From Candidatus Latescibacterota bacterium (lineage in GTDB: Bacteria > Latescibacterota > UBA2968), in contig OZ242320.1 of the NCBI GenBank assembly GCA_965208125.1, forward strand, positions 1,376,001 through 1,440,000: 64,000 nt of DNA. The letters run 5' to 3'. Positions 19,949 through 28,712 of this stretch are shown here, piece after piece; position 1 is the first letter of the stretch, and every line of letters begins with the position of its first letter. Both the position numbers and the translations under genes were made by a program. The notes under the pieces are model-generated. The model was not told where the DNA came from, did no database searches, and saw only the letters and a program-made list of their open reading frames with translations.

Positions 19949-21094
19949 TTACACAACCTCCATACGCAGCATCTCCAGGGCATTATCGGCAAAAATGCGC
20001 TGGTGCAAATCCTCTGCCAACCTGGGAAATGTCGTCACGGGATCATTCCAGTCAAAATGGGGAAAATCCGAACAATAAATAAGGGTCTCATCCGCGTGTA
20101 ACATATCCAGCATCTGGTGTATTTGCTCGGGGCGCTCAGGCTCGTGCAAAGGCTGTGAGCCAACCCGAATATGGTCGCGAAAATACTCGCTCGGCAAACG
20201 CTTGAGCCACGGCGTCTGGTCGCGCAATGCCTTCCAGTCCGAATCCATGTGCCACATCAGCGGAACAGCCCAAAACTGCTGTGCTTCAATAAGCGCAAAC
20301 TTCAAATTCGGGAACTTCTCAAAAACACCTTCGCAGATCAACGACGCCGCGTGGGAACTCGCCATATACGGTCGGCTCATCCTGGACTCCATATAATACG
20401 TGGGAAAACCCACCGGAGTCGGCACAGTCCGCGTTGCCCCACCGCCGCCACCCACATGAGAAACCACCGGCAACCCGTGATCCTCACACGCCTCCCATAT
20501 CGGATGGTAAAAACGATTGCCGAAAGGCATCATCGTGCCCATCGGCACCATCACCGCAACCGTATCTTTGCGATGCGCCAGCCTGTTGATTTCATCGACC
20601 GCCTGAGACGGATCAGTAGGCGAAATGAGAATCGCATTGACGAGACGGTCATCGCGACTGAGCCAGTGCTCAATCGTCCAATCGTTAAAAGCGCGACACA
20701 GCGCAGCCGCCCAATCCGGATCTGGCAAACCCGAATACCCGTAAAAAGGCGGTGGTCCCGTCAAAAGCGCGTAATCGATATGCCAGCGGTCGAGATGCTC
20801 CTTCTGCAAAAACGCAACGGAAAAATTGAAATCCCGCTCCTTGAGATCCGGATCTTTCAAATCCGGCCGATTGGCGCGAAAAGGCATATTGGGATATCCA
20901 CCGCCGGGCAAATGCAACCCCTGATCGTAGAGATGCTCCTGATAAAATTTGGAAAGATGTGGCAACAAATCTTCCGGGCGGCGAAAATTTTGGTGTACAT
21001 CGCAATCGACAATCGCAACACCTTCTCTGGACCTCCCGGTCCAGCCCGGTGCCGTAATGGGGGCAGCACCTATTTTTCCACCTATATCGCTCAT
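19949..21094 (-). CDS. Amidohydrolase_2 fold protein, probable amidohydrolase-related dinuclear oxygenase
   Basis: DCDVH, HVGG, IEA and SDFPHFD motifs; directly abuts the Rieske gene; GGAGG RBS. Confidence 0.75.
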   Translation of the reverse strand: MSDIGGKIGAAPITAPGWTGRSREGVAIVDCDVHQNFRRPEDLLPHLSKFYQEHLYDQGLHLPGGGYPNMPFRANRPDLKDPDLKERDFNFSVAFLQKEHLDRWHIDYALLTGPPPFYGYSGLPDPDWAAALCRAFNDWTIEHWLSRDDRLVNAILISPTDPSQAVDEINRLAHRKDTVAVMVPMGTMMPFGNRFYHPIWEACEDHGLPVVSHVGGGGGATRTVPTPVGFPTYYMESRMSRPYMASSHAASLICEGVFEKFPNLKFALIEAQQFWAVPLMWHMDSDWKALRDQTPWLKRLPSEYFRDHIRVGSQPLHEPERPEQIHQMLDMLHADETLIYCSDFPHFDWNDPVTTFPRLAEDLHQRIFADNALEMLRMEVV

Positions 21095-21142
21095 TGAATC
21101 CTCCGTATCCACTTTATGGATGTTTCAACACCTGTTAAACCA

Positions 21143-21172
21143 AAAGTACTGACACCTTTGAGCACTTGTCAA
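21143..21172 (-). promoter_or_regulatory. Putative promoter of the minus-strand catabolic operon
   Basis: TTGACA-18bp-TACTTT in the divergent intergenic region. Confidence 0.45.
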
Positions 21173-21263
21173 GACAGAACGGGCTATTTTTGTTGACGTA
21201 TTGAGAGATTGGTCGTTATTTCTTATCCCTAAAATCATACTTCACGGATGAAAGGAGCGTATT

Positions 21264-22265
21264 ATGTCAAACAAAATTCGCGTAGCGGTCATTGGCACAG
21301 GACAGCGCGGACCGTCGCATGCGCGCGAGCTATTGGGATGCGATGAAGCCGAACTCGCACTCGTGTGCGACCTGGATGAAGAACGCGCCAAAAATGCTGC
21401 TGAAAATTTCAACGTAAAATACGAACTCGACCATCGGGAAGTCATCGCACGGGACGACATCGACGCCCTGGCAATTGCGACGCACACGCGACACCACGCA
21501 GGCGTCATGCGCGATGCAGCCGCGGCAGGCAAACCATTTCTGGTCGAAAAGCCATACTGCGACAGCATTGAATCGGGCGTAGAAATTTGTGAACTTGCAG
21601 AAAAAAATAACGTCGTAGCAATGGTGGGCTATCAATCTCGCTTCACGGCTTTTGCCCAGGAAATGAAAGCCCTTGCCTCACAGATCGACCTGATACAAAC
21701 CAATGTAACACTTCAGCGCGGATTTTTTAACCCGCAGTATTTCTTCCCCGAACACTACAGCGGCATCCTCGACGCGCTCTCACACACCATGGACCTGGCT
21801 TTGTGGTGGACCGGCTCTTTGCCCGTGGAAGTCATGGGACACGAGCGTTGCGGCCTGTTCAAACCCGACAAAGACGCCGTAGAATTTGTCAACATCACAA
21901 CCCGATGCGAAAACGGGCAAATCGTGTGCATGACGGGCAGCATGGCGGGCATCCAGATGCAGAACATCTATCAGATGGCGGGCTTGCGGGGAAATATCTC
22001 GGCGACAGAACGCAATCGAATCCGATACGTCACACACCTCGGATTTAACGAAGACAAAACACCGATTGATCTAAAAGCGGGAGAATGGAAAGGCTCGGGA
22101 CAGCCGCCAACAGACATGTGGACGCATTTCGCGCAATGCGTGAAAGAAGGGCGAACGGATGTATCGCCCGGAGCGAGCTTGCGAGACGGACTCGCACAAG
22201 TAGCGGTAAGCGAAGGCGCATATTTCTCTTCCCGCGAAGGAAAAGCCATCACAGTCGAGCTTTAG
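21264..22265 (+). CDS. Gfo/Idh/MocA oxidoreductase
   Basis: VAVIGTG Rossmann motif, VEKP, GYQSRF. Confidence 0.9.
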   Translation: MSNKIRVAVIGTGQRGPSHARELLGCDEAELALVCDLDEERAKNAAENFNVKYELDHREVIARDDIDALAIATHTRHHAGVMRDAAAAGKPFLVEKPYCDSIESGVEICELAEKNNVVAMVGYQSRFTAFAQEMKALASQIDLIQTNVTLQRGFFNPQYFFPEHYSGILDALSHTMDLALWWTGSLPVEVMGHERCGLFKPDKDAVEFVNITTRCENGQIVCMTGSMAGIQMQNIYQMAGLRGNISATERNRIRYVTHLGFNEDKTPIDLKAGEWKGSGQPPTDMWTHFAQCVKEGRTDVSPGASLRDGLAQVAVSEGAYFSSREGKAITVEL

Positions 22266-22280
22266 CCAGAGGAAGACAAA

Positions 22281-23063
22281 ATGAAACTCGGATGCCAGGC
22301 GAGATCGTTTGGCAAAGGGATATACCCCAGCGAAGCGGACTTCCTCTCAGTGGTTCGCCAGATCGGAAATCTGTGTTTCAAGGGACTGGAAGCAAATTGG
22401 AAAAATCTGGAGCGCTATTTTCAAGACCCCGAAGCATTCAAACGCATCCTATCCGAAACCAATCTCGAACTAATTGGCGCGCATTACGGAGCCGCGCACT
22501 GGGATGAATCCTCGCGCAAACAAATCAGAATTGAAGGCAACCAAATTGCCGACTTTGTATCCGCCGTTGGCGGACAGTACATCGTTTGCAGCGGACGGCG
22601 TCCAACACAGGGAACCGTATCAGACGAAATGTGGGAAAAAACCGCAGAAGGTCTGAACCTCCTGGGCGAACACTGCGCGCCCAAAGGCATTCAACTCGCC
22701 TATCACAACCACTGGTGGGAATCTGAACAAGAGGGACTGGTCAAACTCGCGTCATATACCGAACCGTTATACGTCGGATTTGCCTTTGACACCGGGCACC
22801 ACATACGGGCGGGCAAAGACGCAATCGCATTGGTCAGAGAACTCTCAGACAGGTTACACATCATCCACCTCGCAGACCATTCGGAAGACGCCCAGGGCAA
22901 TGCCCTTCGACCACAATTGGGCACCGGCGTATTAGACCTATCAGCCTTGCGAAACGCACTACAAGGATTTACTGGCTGGCTTGTTTTAGAAGAAGAAAAC
23001 AACGCCCCATCCCCAGAGGTACAGGTGGCCGAATGCATCGAGGTAATGAGGACAATGACTTAA
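22281..23063 (+). CDS. Sugar phosphate isomerase/epimerase (IolE-like TIM barrel)
   Basis: YHNH, FDTGH, IHLAD and WLVLE motifs. Confidence 0.85.
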   Translation: MKLGCQARSFGKGIYPSEADFLSVVRQIGNLCFKGLEANWKNLERYFQDPEAFKRILSETNLELIGAHYGAAHWDESSRKQIRIEGNQIADFVSAVGGQYIVCSGRRPTQGTVSDEMWEKTAEGLNLLGEHCAPKGIQLAYHNHWWESEQEGLVKLASYTEPLYVGFAFDTGHHIRAGKDAIALVRELSDRLHIIHLADHSEDAQGNALRPQLGTGVLDLSALRNALQGFTGWLVLEEENNAPSPEVQVAECIEVMRTMT

Positions 23064-23093
23064 AATCTCCTGAATCCATGCGAAAGGAAAATT

Positions 23094-23618
23094 ATGGAAT
23101 TCGTTCAAAAAGATGCGCAAATAATACCGCACTATTTTCGAGATGACGGTGTGGTTCCAAACAGCTCCTTCCCACTTATCGTCTATCAAAACGCTCTATC
23201 ACTACCCGAAAACGACCCGGCGAGGGCATTTGAGCAGATATTTGCAGCCAATCGCTGGTCGCGTTCGTGGCGCAACGGCATTTATTCCTTTCACCACTAC
23301 CACGCCACAGCGCACGAAGTACTGGGCATAGCGCAGGGAAGTGCCAGAGTGTGCATGGGGGGTGAACAGGGCGTGCGCTTGACAATTGAACCTGGCGATG
23401 TCATGATAATTCCCGCGGGCGTGGGACACAAAAATCTGGGCGCGAGTTCAGATCTATTAGTCGTAGGCGCGTATCCCGATGGACAGCACCCGGACCTGTG
23501 TCGAGAAAGTGCCCGTGAACACAAACACGCGCTGGAAAATATCCCCAAAGTACCAATGCCCGCTTCCGATCCCGTCTTTGGAATAAATGGTGCCGTAATG
23601 AATTTATGGAAAAAATGA
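23094..23618 (+). CDS. Cupin domain protein (YjlB-like)
   Basis: FHHYHATAHEVLG, IIPAGVGH and DPVFG motifs. Confidence 0.85.
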   Translation: MEFVQKDAQIIPHYFRDDGVVPNSSFPLIVYQNALSLPENDPARAFEQIFAANRWSRSWRNGIYSFHHYHATAHEVLGIAQGSARVCMGGEQGVRLTIEPGDVMIIPAGVGHKNLGASSDLLVVGAYPDGQHPDLCRESAREHKHALENIPKVPMPASDPVFGINGAVMNLWKK

Positions 23619-23625
23619 GGTCTTT

Positions 23626-25083
23626 ATGCAATCGACAAACATGCTCTACATCATATCCGATCAACACAACCGTAATCTACTCGGATGTTATGGTCACCCG
23701 ACAGTACAAACGCCCAACCTGGATCGGCTATCCGAACAGGGCACGCGATTTACCAATGCCTACACCAACTGTCCAATTTGCGTACCGGCGCGCGCATCTC
23801 TGGCTACAGGACGCTACGTGCATCAAATTGGCAACTGGGATAATGGACATCCATACACCGGAAACGCGCCGAGCTGGCACCACCGCTTGCGCGAGCAGGG
23901 TTTTAACGCCACATCAATAGGCAAATTGCACTTTAAGGGCCAGGGCACGGATCACGGATTCACCGAAGAAATCGAACCATTAAACGTCGTAGATGGCATA
24001 GGCGATGTACTGGGTAGTATCCGGGAACAGCCGCCCTTTCGCAACAAACGGCCGGGTATTCGGGAAGCGGGACCGGGCGACTCGACGTATTTGCAATACG
24101 ACCAGCGCAATGCAGACCACGCCATAAAGTGGTTACAAGAGCACCGGGAAGACCAGACCCCCTGGTGCCTGTTCCTGTCATTTGTGTGCCCACACCCGCC
24201 GTATATCTCGCCGCCAGACGCATACGACATCTACAACCCGGACGAACTGCCCCTGCCGCCGCAATGGCGAACACAGGACTGGCCCGACCATCCCACAATG
24301 GACTACTTCAGGCGATTCTTCACATTTGACCCCCAGTTTCCCGAAGCCATCGTACGGCAACTAAATGCGGCGTATTACGGTGTATGCACATATCTGGACA
24401 GCCAAATCGGTCGGGTGCTAAACACATTGGACGAACTGGAACTAACCGATACAACCCGCATCATCTACACAACAGACCACGGTGAACACCTGGGCGGACG
24501 CGGCATATACGGTAAATTTACCATGTATGAAGAATCGGCCGCCGTACCATTTCTGATGGCAGGTCCCGATGTCCCCGCGGGCAAAGTCGTGGAAACACCT
24601 GTCTCACTCATCGATAGCTTCCCGACAATTTTGGAAGCCGTGGGCGCGCAACAAACCGAAGCGGACGCAGACTTACCCGGCGAATCGCTGTGGACCATTG
24701 CACGGGAAGAAAACCGTGACCGCACGGTATTTAGCGAATACCATGCCATAGGCGCACAGCACGGAACGTATATGTTGCGCAATCGACAATACAAATACAT
24801 ATATCACGTCAATAATCCGCCGCAATTATTCGATACAAGGGATGACCCCGAAGAGTGCCGCGACTTCGCGCAGTGGTCCGATCACCGGGAAATCCTGGAA
24901 AATTTCGAACGCGAATTGCGCGACCTCATCGATCCCGAAACTGTGGATGCTCAAGCCAAAGCCTCACAACGAGAAATGATTGATTCTCTGGGTGGTGAAG
25001 AGGCCGTAATCCATCGAGGCGCATTTGACAACTCGCCCGTACCCGGTGAAGCACCAAAATTTCGACAGCACGGATCGGAGTGA
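23626..25083 (+). CDS. Sulfatase (choline-sulfatase-like)
   Basis: SDQH, CVPAR, GKLH, PHPP and TDHG motifs. Confidence 0.9.
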   Translation: MQSTNMLYIISDQHNRNLLGCYGHPTVQTPNLDRLSEQGTRFTNAYTNCPICVPARASLATGRYVHQIGNWDNGHPYTGNAPSWHHRLREQGFNATSIGKLHFKGQGTDHGFTEEIEPLNVVDGIGDVLGSIREQPPFRNKRPGIREAGPGDSTYLQYDQRNADHAIKWLQEHREDQTPWCLFLSFVCPHPPYISPPDAYDIYNPDELPLPPQWRTQDWPDHPTMDYFRRFFTFDPQFPEAIVRQLNAAYYGVCTYLDSQIGRVLNTLDELELTDTTRIIYTTDHGEHLGGRGIYGKFTMYEESAAVPFLMAGPDVPAGKVVETPVSLIDSFPTILEAVGAQQTEADADLPGESLWTIAREENRDRTVFSEYHAIGAQHGTYMLRNRQYKYIYHVNNPPQLFDTRDDPEECRDFAQWSDHREILENFERELRDLIDPETVDAQAKASQREMIDSLGGEEAVIHRGAFDNSPVPGEAPKFRQHGSE

Positions 25084-25098
25084 GCACAGGAGATAATC

Positions 25099-26574
25099 AT
25101 GGCCGAGACAGTCAAATTATTCCTCAATGGCGAATGGGTGGCATCTGAAGCAACGGAAACAGTACCGGTTTACAATCCATCTGATGGAACAGAAATTGCC
25201 GCAACACCCTTATGCGATGCATCGGAAATAGATCGCGTAGTACAATCAGCATCAGATGCATTTCCCGAATGGGCGAATACACCCGCCGTTGATCGCGCCC
25301 GCGTGATGTTCCGGCTCGTCGCACTCATGGAAACCCATTTCGAAGAACTGGCCCAACTCGTAACCCGCGAAAACGGCAAAACCATAGAAGATGCGCGAGG
25401 CGAAATTCGACGCGGGATCGAAGTCGCGGAATTTGCCTGTGGTGCGCCTGCGCTCTTGATGGGCGACTCGCTGGAAAATATCGCACAGGGAATTGATTGC
25501 GACACCATCCGACAACCTATAGGCGTATCCGTGGGCATCACGCCATTCAACTTCCCATCTATGGTACCTATGTGGACATTGCCCATTGCCCTGGTATGTG
25601 GCAACACCTACGTATTAAAACCATCGGAGCGCGTGCCCTTGAGTGCGATTCGAATTGGCGAATTATTGGCCGAATCTGGATTACCGCCCGGCGTATTCAA
25701 CATCGCACACGGCGGAAAAGACGCGGTAGATGCCCTGCTCGCCCATCCCGAAGTCAAAACCGTTTCATTTGTCGGATCAACACCCGTGGCGCGCTATGTC
25801 TATGAAACAGCCACCCGCAATGGCAAACGCGTACAATCAGCCGGTGGCGCAAAAAATTACTTAATCGTATTGCCCGACGCCGACCTGGACTCAACTGTAG
25901 CAGCCGTAATGGGCTCCGCTTATGGCTGCGCGGGCGAACGGTGCATGGCCGGCAGTGTCCTCGTCTGTGCCGAAGGTGCAGGCGACCGTTTCCTGGAACC
26001 GCTCAGTGAAACCGCACGCGAATTTCGGGTGGGACCAACCGACCGCGACCCCGGTGTAGATATGGGACCAGTCGTGACCAAAACGCACCTGGACCGCATC
26101 CATCAACATATTGAAAACGGACTGAGAGAAGGCGCAGAACTGATCGTAGATGGACGCGATATACAGGTCGAAGAAACACCGCATGGCTTCTACCTCGGTG
26201 CCACAATCTTTGATCAGGTAAAACCCCAGATGTCCATTGCGCAGGAAGAAATCTTCGGACCAGTATTATCGACCATGCACACGGACAACTTAGAGGAGGC
26301 TATTGCCCGGTGCAATGCCAGCGGATACGGCAACGCAGCCGTACTATTCACATCCAGTGGCGGAGCCGCGCGCAAATTTCGCCACGAAGTAAATGCCGGC
26401 ATGGTCGGCATCAACATCGGCGTCCCCGCGCCCATGGCATTCTTCCCCTTCTCCGGGTGGAACAATTCCTTCTTCGGCGATTTACATGTACAGGGCGCCG
26501 AAGGCATATCGTTCTTCACCCGACAAAAAGTAACAATTAGCCGATGGATTGACACAAAGCGACAATTCTTTTAG
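25099..26574 (+). CDS. mmsA: CoA-acylating methylmalonate-semialdehyde dehydrogenase
   Basis: [31 protein letters not shown] and GINIGVPAP motifs. Confidence 0.9.
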   Translation: MAETVKLFLNGEWVASEATETVPVYNPSDGTEIAATPLCDASEIDRVVQSASDAFPEWANTPAVDRARVMFRLVALMETHFEELAQLVTRENGKTIEDARGEIRRGIEVAEFACGAPALLMGDSLENIAQGIDCDTIRQPIGVSVGITPFNFPSMVPMWTLPIALVCGNTYVLKPSERVPLSAIRIGELLAESGLPPGVFNIAHGGKDAVDALLAHPEVKTVSFVGSTPVARYVYETATRNGKRVQSAGGAKNYLIVLPDADLDSTVAAVMGSAYGCAGERCMAGSVLVCAEGAGDRFLEPLSETAREFRVGPTDRDPGVDMGPVVTKTHLDRIHQHIENGLREGAELIVDGRDIQVEETPHGFYLGATIFDQVKPQMSIAQEEIFGPVLSTMHTDNLEEAIARCNASGYGNAAVLFTSSGGAARKFRHEVNAGMVGINIGVPAPMAFFPFSGWNNSFFGDLHVQGAEGISFFTRQKVTISRWIDTKRQFF

Positions 26575-26588
26575 CATAGGGAAAAAGC

Positions 26589-27047
26589 ATGGCAAGCCGG
26601 CACGCAGATTGGTTTAGACAAGGTGAACGCGACCTGGATCACGCTCGCAGAGCAACAGAGCATGGCGATTATGAATGGGCCTGCTTTGCCGCGCAGCAAG
26701 GTGCTGAAAAAGCCGTTAAGGCAGTCTTTCAAAAAGTCGGTGCCGTCGCCTGGGGACATTCCGTTGCGGCACTATTGGAGACTTTGCCCGATATTTCTCC
26801 ACTCGACGACGCCCTATTAGATGCGGCAAAAGAGTTGGACAAACATTATATCCCGGCGCGGTATCCCAATTCGCATCCTCAGGGCGCACCATTTGAATAC
26901 TATACACAAGGAGAGGCGGATCGTGCTGTATCAAACGCCAAAAAAATCATCACCTTCTGTTCGGGTTTTCTATTTGAACCGCCCAAAGACGATCCAACGG
27001 ATTCGGAAAGCGATGAAAATACTGAAGACCCGGCATCCCGAGATTGA
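26589..27047 (+). CDS. HEPN domain protein (HEPN-MNT TA pair)
   Basis: WACFAAQQGAEKAVKA, WGHSV and LDKHYIPARYP motifs. Confidence 0.88.
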   Translation: MASRHADWFRQGERDLDHARRATEHGDYEWACFAAQQGAEKAVKAVFQKVGAVAWGHSVAALLETLPDISPLDDALLDAAKELDKHYIPARYPNSHPQGAPFEYYTQGEADRAVSNAKKIITFCSGFLFEPPKDDPTDSESDENTEDPASRD

Positions 27048-27291
27048 GCGCGCAGTCCTATTCGGTTCTTTGTCCCGCGGTGATGCTGTTCCCGGAAGCG
27101 ATGCCGATGTATTGCTCGTGCTACGAGAAAGTGCGCTGTCTTTTCGAGAACGCAGTGCCTATTATGTTCCCAAAGATGTCGGGATCGGCGTAGATATTTT
27201 TGCGTACACGCAGTCTGAATTGGACGCGATGCGAATATCTAAAAATGCTTTTGTTCTTCAAGCACTAAAGGAAGGAATGGATCTGGTTTGA
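26923..27291 (+). CDS. Minimal nucleotidyltransferase (MNT)
   Basis: LFGSLSRGD..PGSDAD; GTG start with AGGAGAGG RBS inside the HEPN gene. Confidence 0.85.
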   Translation: MLYQTPKKSSPSVRVFYLNRPKTIQRIRKAMKILKTRHPEIERAVLFGSLSRGDAVPGSDADVLLVLRESALSFRERSAYYVPKDVGIGVDIFAYTQSELDAMRISKNAFVLQALKEGMDLV

Positions 27292-27351
27292 AAGCCTATT
27301 CGTTTGCGATAAAATTTTTTTGTTCAAAGCGAGAACCAATCAGGAGGAAAC

Positions 27352-28689
27352 ATGGCAGATGATATCAAAACTGCGGCGAGGACCGCGCGGCAGGCTGCAC
27401 TCGCATTGAGTCAGGCAACGGAAAAACAGCGCAATGCCGCGCTCGAGGCCATAGCACAGGCATTGCATGCAAATCGCGATCGCATTTTAGACGCCAACAA
27501 ACGCGATCAGGCAGCAGCAGAAAAAATGCTGGCACAGGGAGAAATCACCCTCCCCCTGATCAAGCGTCTGAAAGTAGATGCTGAAAAGCTGGACAGCGAA
27601 ATAATAGTTGGCGTTCACAGTGTCGTAGCCCAGGAAGACCCCATTGGCAAAACGCAGGCCGCGACCGAATTGGACGAAGGCTTGAACCTCTATCGCGTAA
27701 CCGTGCCCATAGGCGTAATCGGCGTGGTCTTTGAATCGCGCCCTGACGCGCTGGTGCAAATCGCGACCCTGTGTCTAAAATCGGGCAACGGCGTCATGCT
27801 CAAAGGCGGCAGCGAAGCATTTCACACCAACCGCGCACTGGCCGAAATTATGATCGCTGCAACGGCTGGCCTGGACGGCATCCCCGAAGGATGGATGCAC
27901 CTTCTGGAATCGCGAGAAGAAGTCGCGGGCATTCTCGAACTACACGACCTCATCGACCTGATCATCCCGCGCGGCAGCAATGAATTCGTACAGCACATCA
28001 TGAACAACACCAAAATTCCCGTAATGGGGCACGCCGACGGCATCTGCCATGTGTACGTAGATAAGGACGCCGACCTAAAAAAAGCCGTGCGCATCGCCAT
28101 CGACTCCAAGACACAGTACGTGGCTGTCTGCAACGCTGTCGAGACCCTGCTGGTACACGCCGAAATTGCCAGAAACTTTTTCGCCACCGCAATTCAACAA
28201 CTCACCGACGAGGGCGTCTTAATCCGCGGCGACGCCCGCACCCTGGACATTGCCGCCAGCGCAGATGCCCTGACCCCGGCCACTGACACAGACTGGTCAA
28301 CCGAATACCTCGACTATGTCCTATCCGTCAAAGTCGTCGATTCGGTCGAAGAAGCAATCGCCCACATCAACGAATACAGCAGCCACCACACCGACTCAAT
28401 CGTAACCGAAGACCAGCAAGCCGCGAAGAGATTTTTGCAAGCCGTAGATTCGGCATCCGTCATACACAATGCCTCCACGCGATTTGCCGACGGATTTCGC
28501 TACGGCCTCGGCGCCGAAGTAGGCATCAGCACCAACCGCCTGCACAGCCGCGGACCTGTCGGCCTTGAAGGCCTCGTCATCTACAAATACGTGGTAACAG
28601 GTGACGGACATATTGCGGACGATTACATCGGCGAAAATGCCAGAACATTTACACATCGCAAACTGGATGCGGTCTGGCGTCCGGAATAA
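27352..28689 (+). CDS. proA: Gamma-glutamyl phosphate reductase
   Basis: FESRP, KGGSEA, IPRGS, CNAVETLLVH, NASTRFADG and GISTNRLHSRGPVG motifs. Confidence 0.95.
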   Translation: MADDIKTAARTARQAALALSQATEKQRNAALEAIAQALHANRDRILDANKRDQAAAEKMLAQGEITLPLIKRLKVDAEKLDSEIIVGVHSVVAQEDPIGKTQAATELDEGLNLYRVTVPIGVIGVVFESRPDALVQIATLCLKSGNGVMLKGGSEAFHTNRALAEIMIAATAGLDGIPEGWMHLLESREEVAGILELHDLIDLIIPRGSNEFVQHIMNNTKIPVMGHADGICHVYVDKDADLKKAVRIAIDSKTQYVAVCNAVETLLVHAEIARNFFATAIQQLTDEGVLIRGDARTLDIAASADALTPATDTDWSTEYLDYVLSVKVVDSVEEAIAHINEYSSHHTDSIVTEDQQAAKRFLQAVDSASVIHNASTRFADGFRYGLGAEVGISTNRLHSRGPVGLEGLVIYKYVVTGDGHIADDYIGENARTFTHRKLDAVWRPE

Positions 28690-28712
28690 TAACTCAAATA
28701 AAAGGGAACATC

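Noticed and set aside
26935-26937. MNT start codon mutated to ACG
   Set aside because: An in-frame GTG at 26923 with a good RBS gives a normal start
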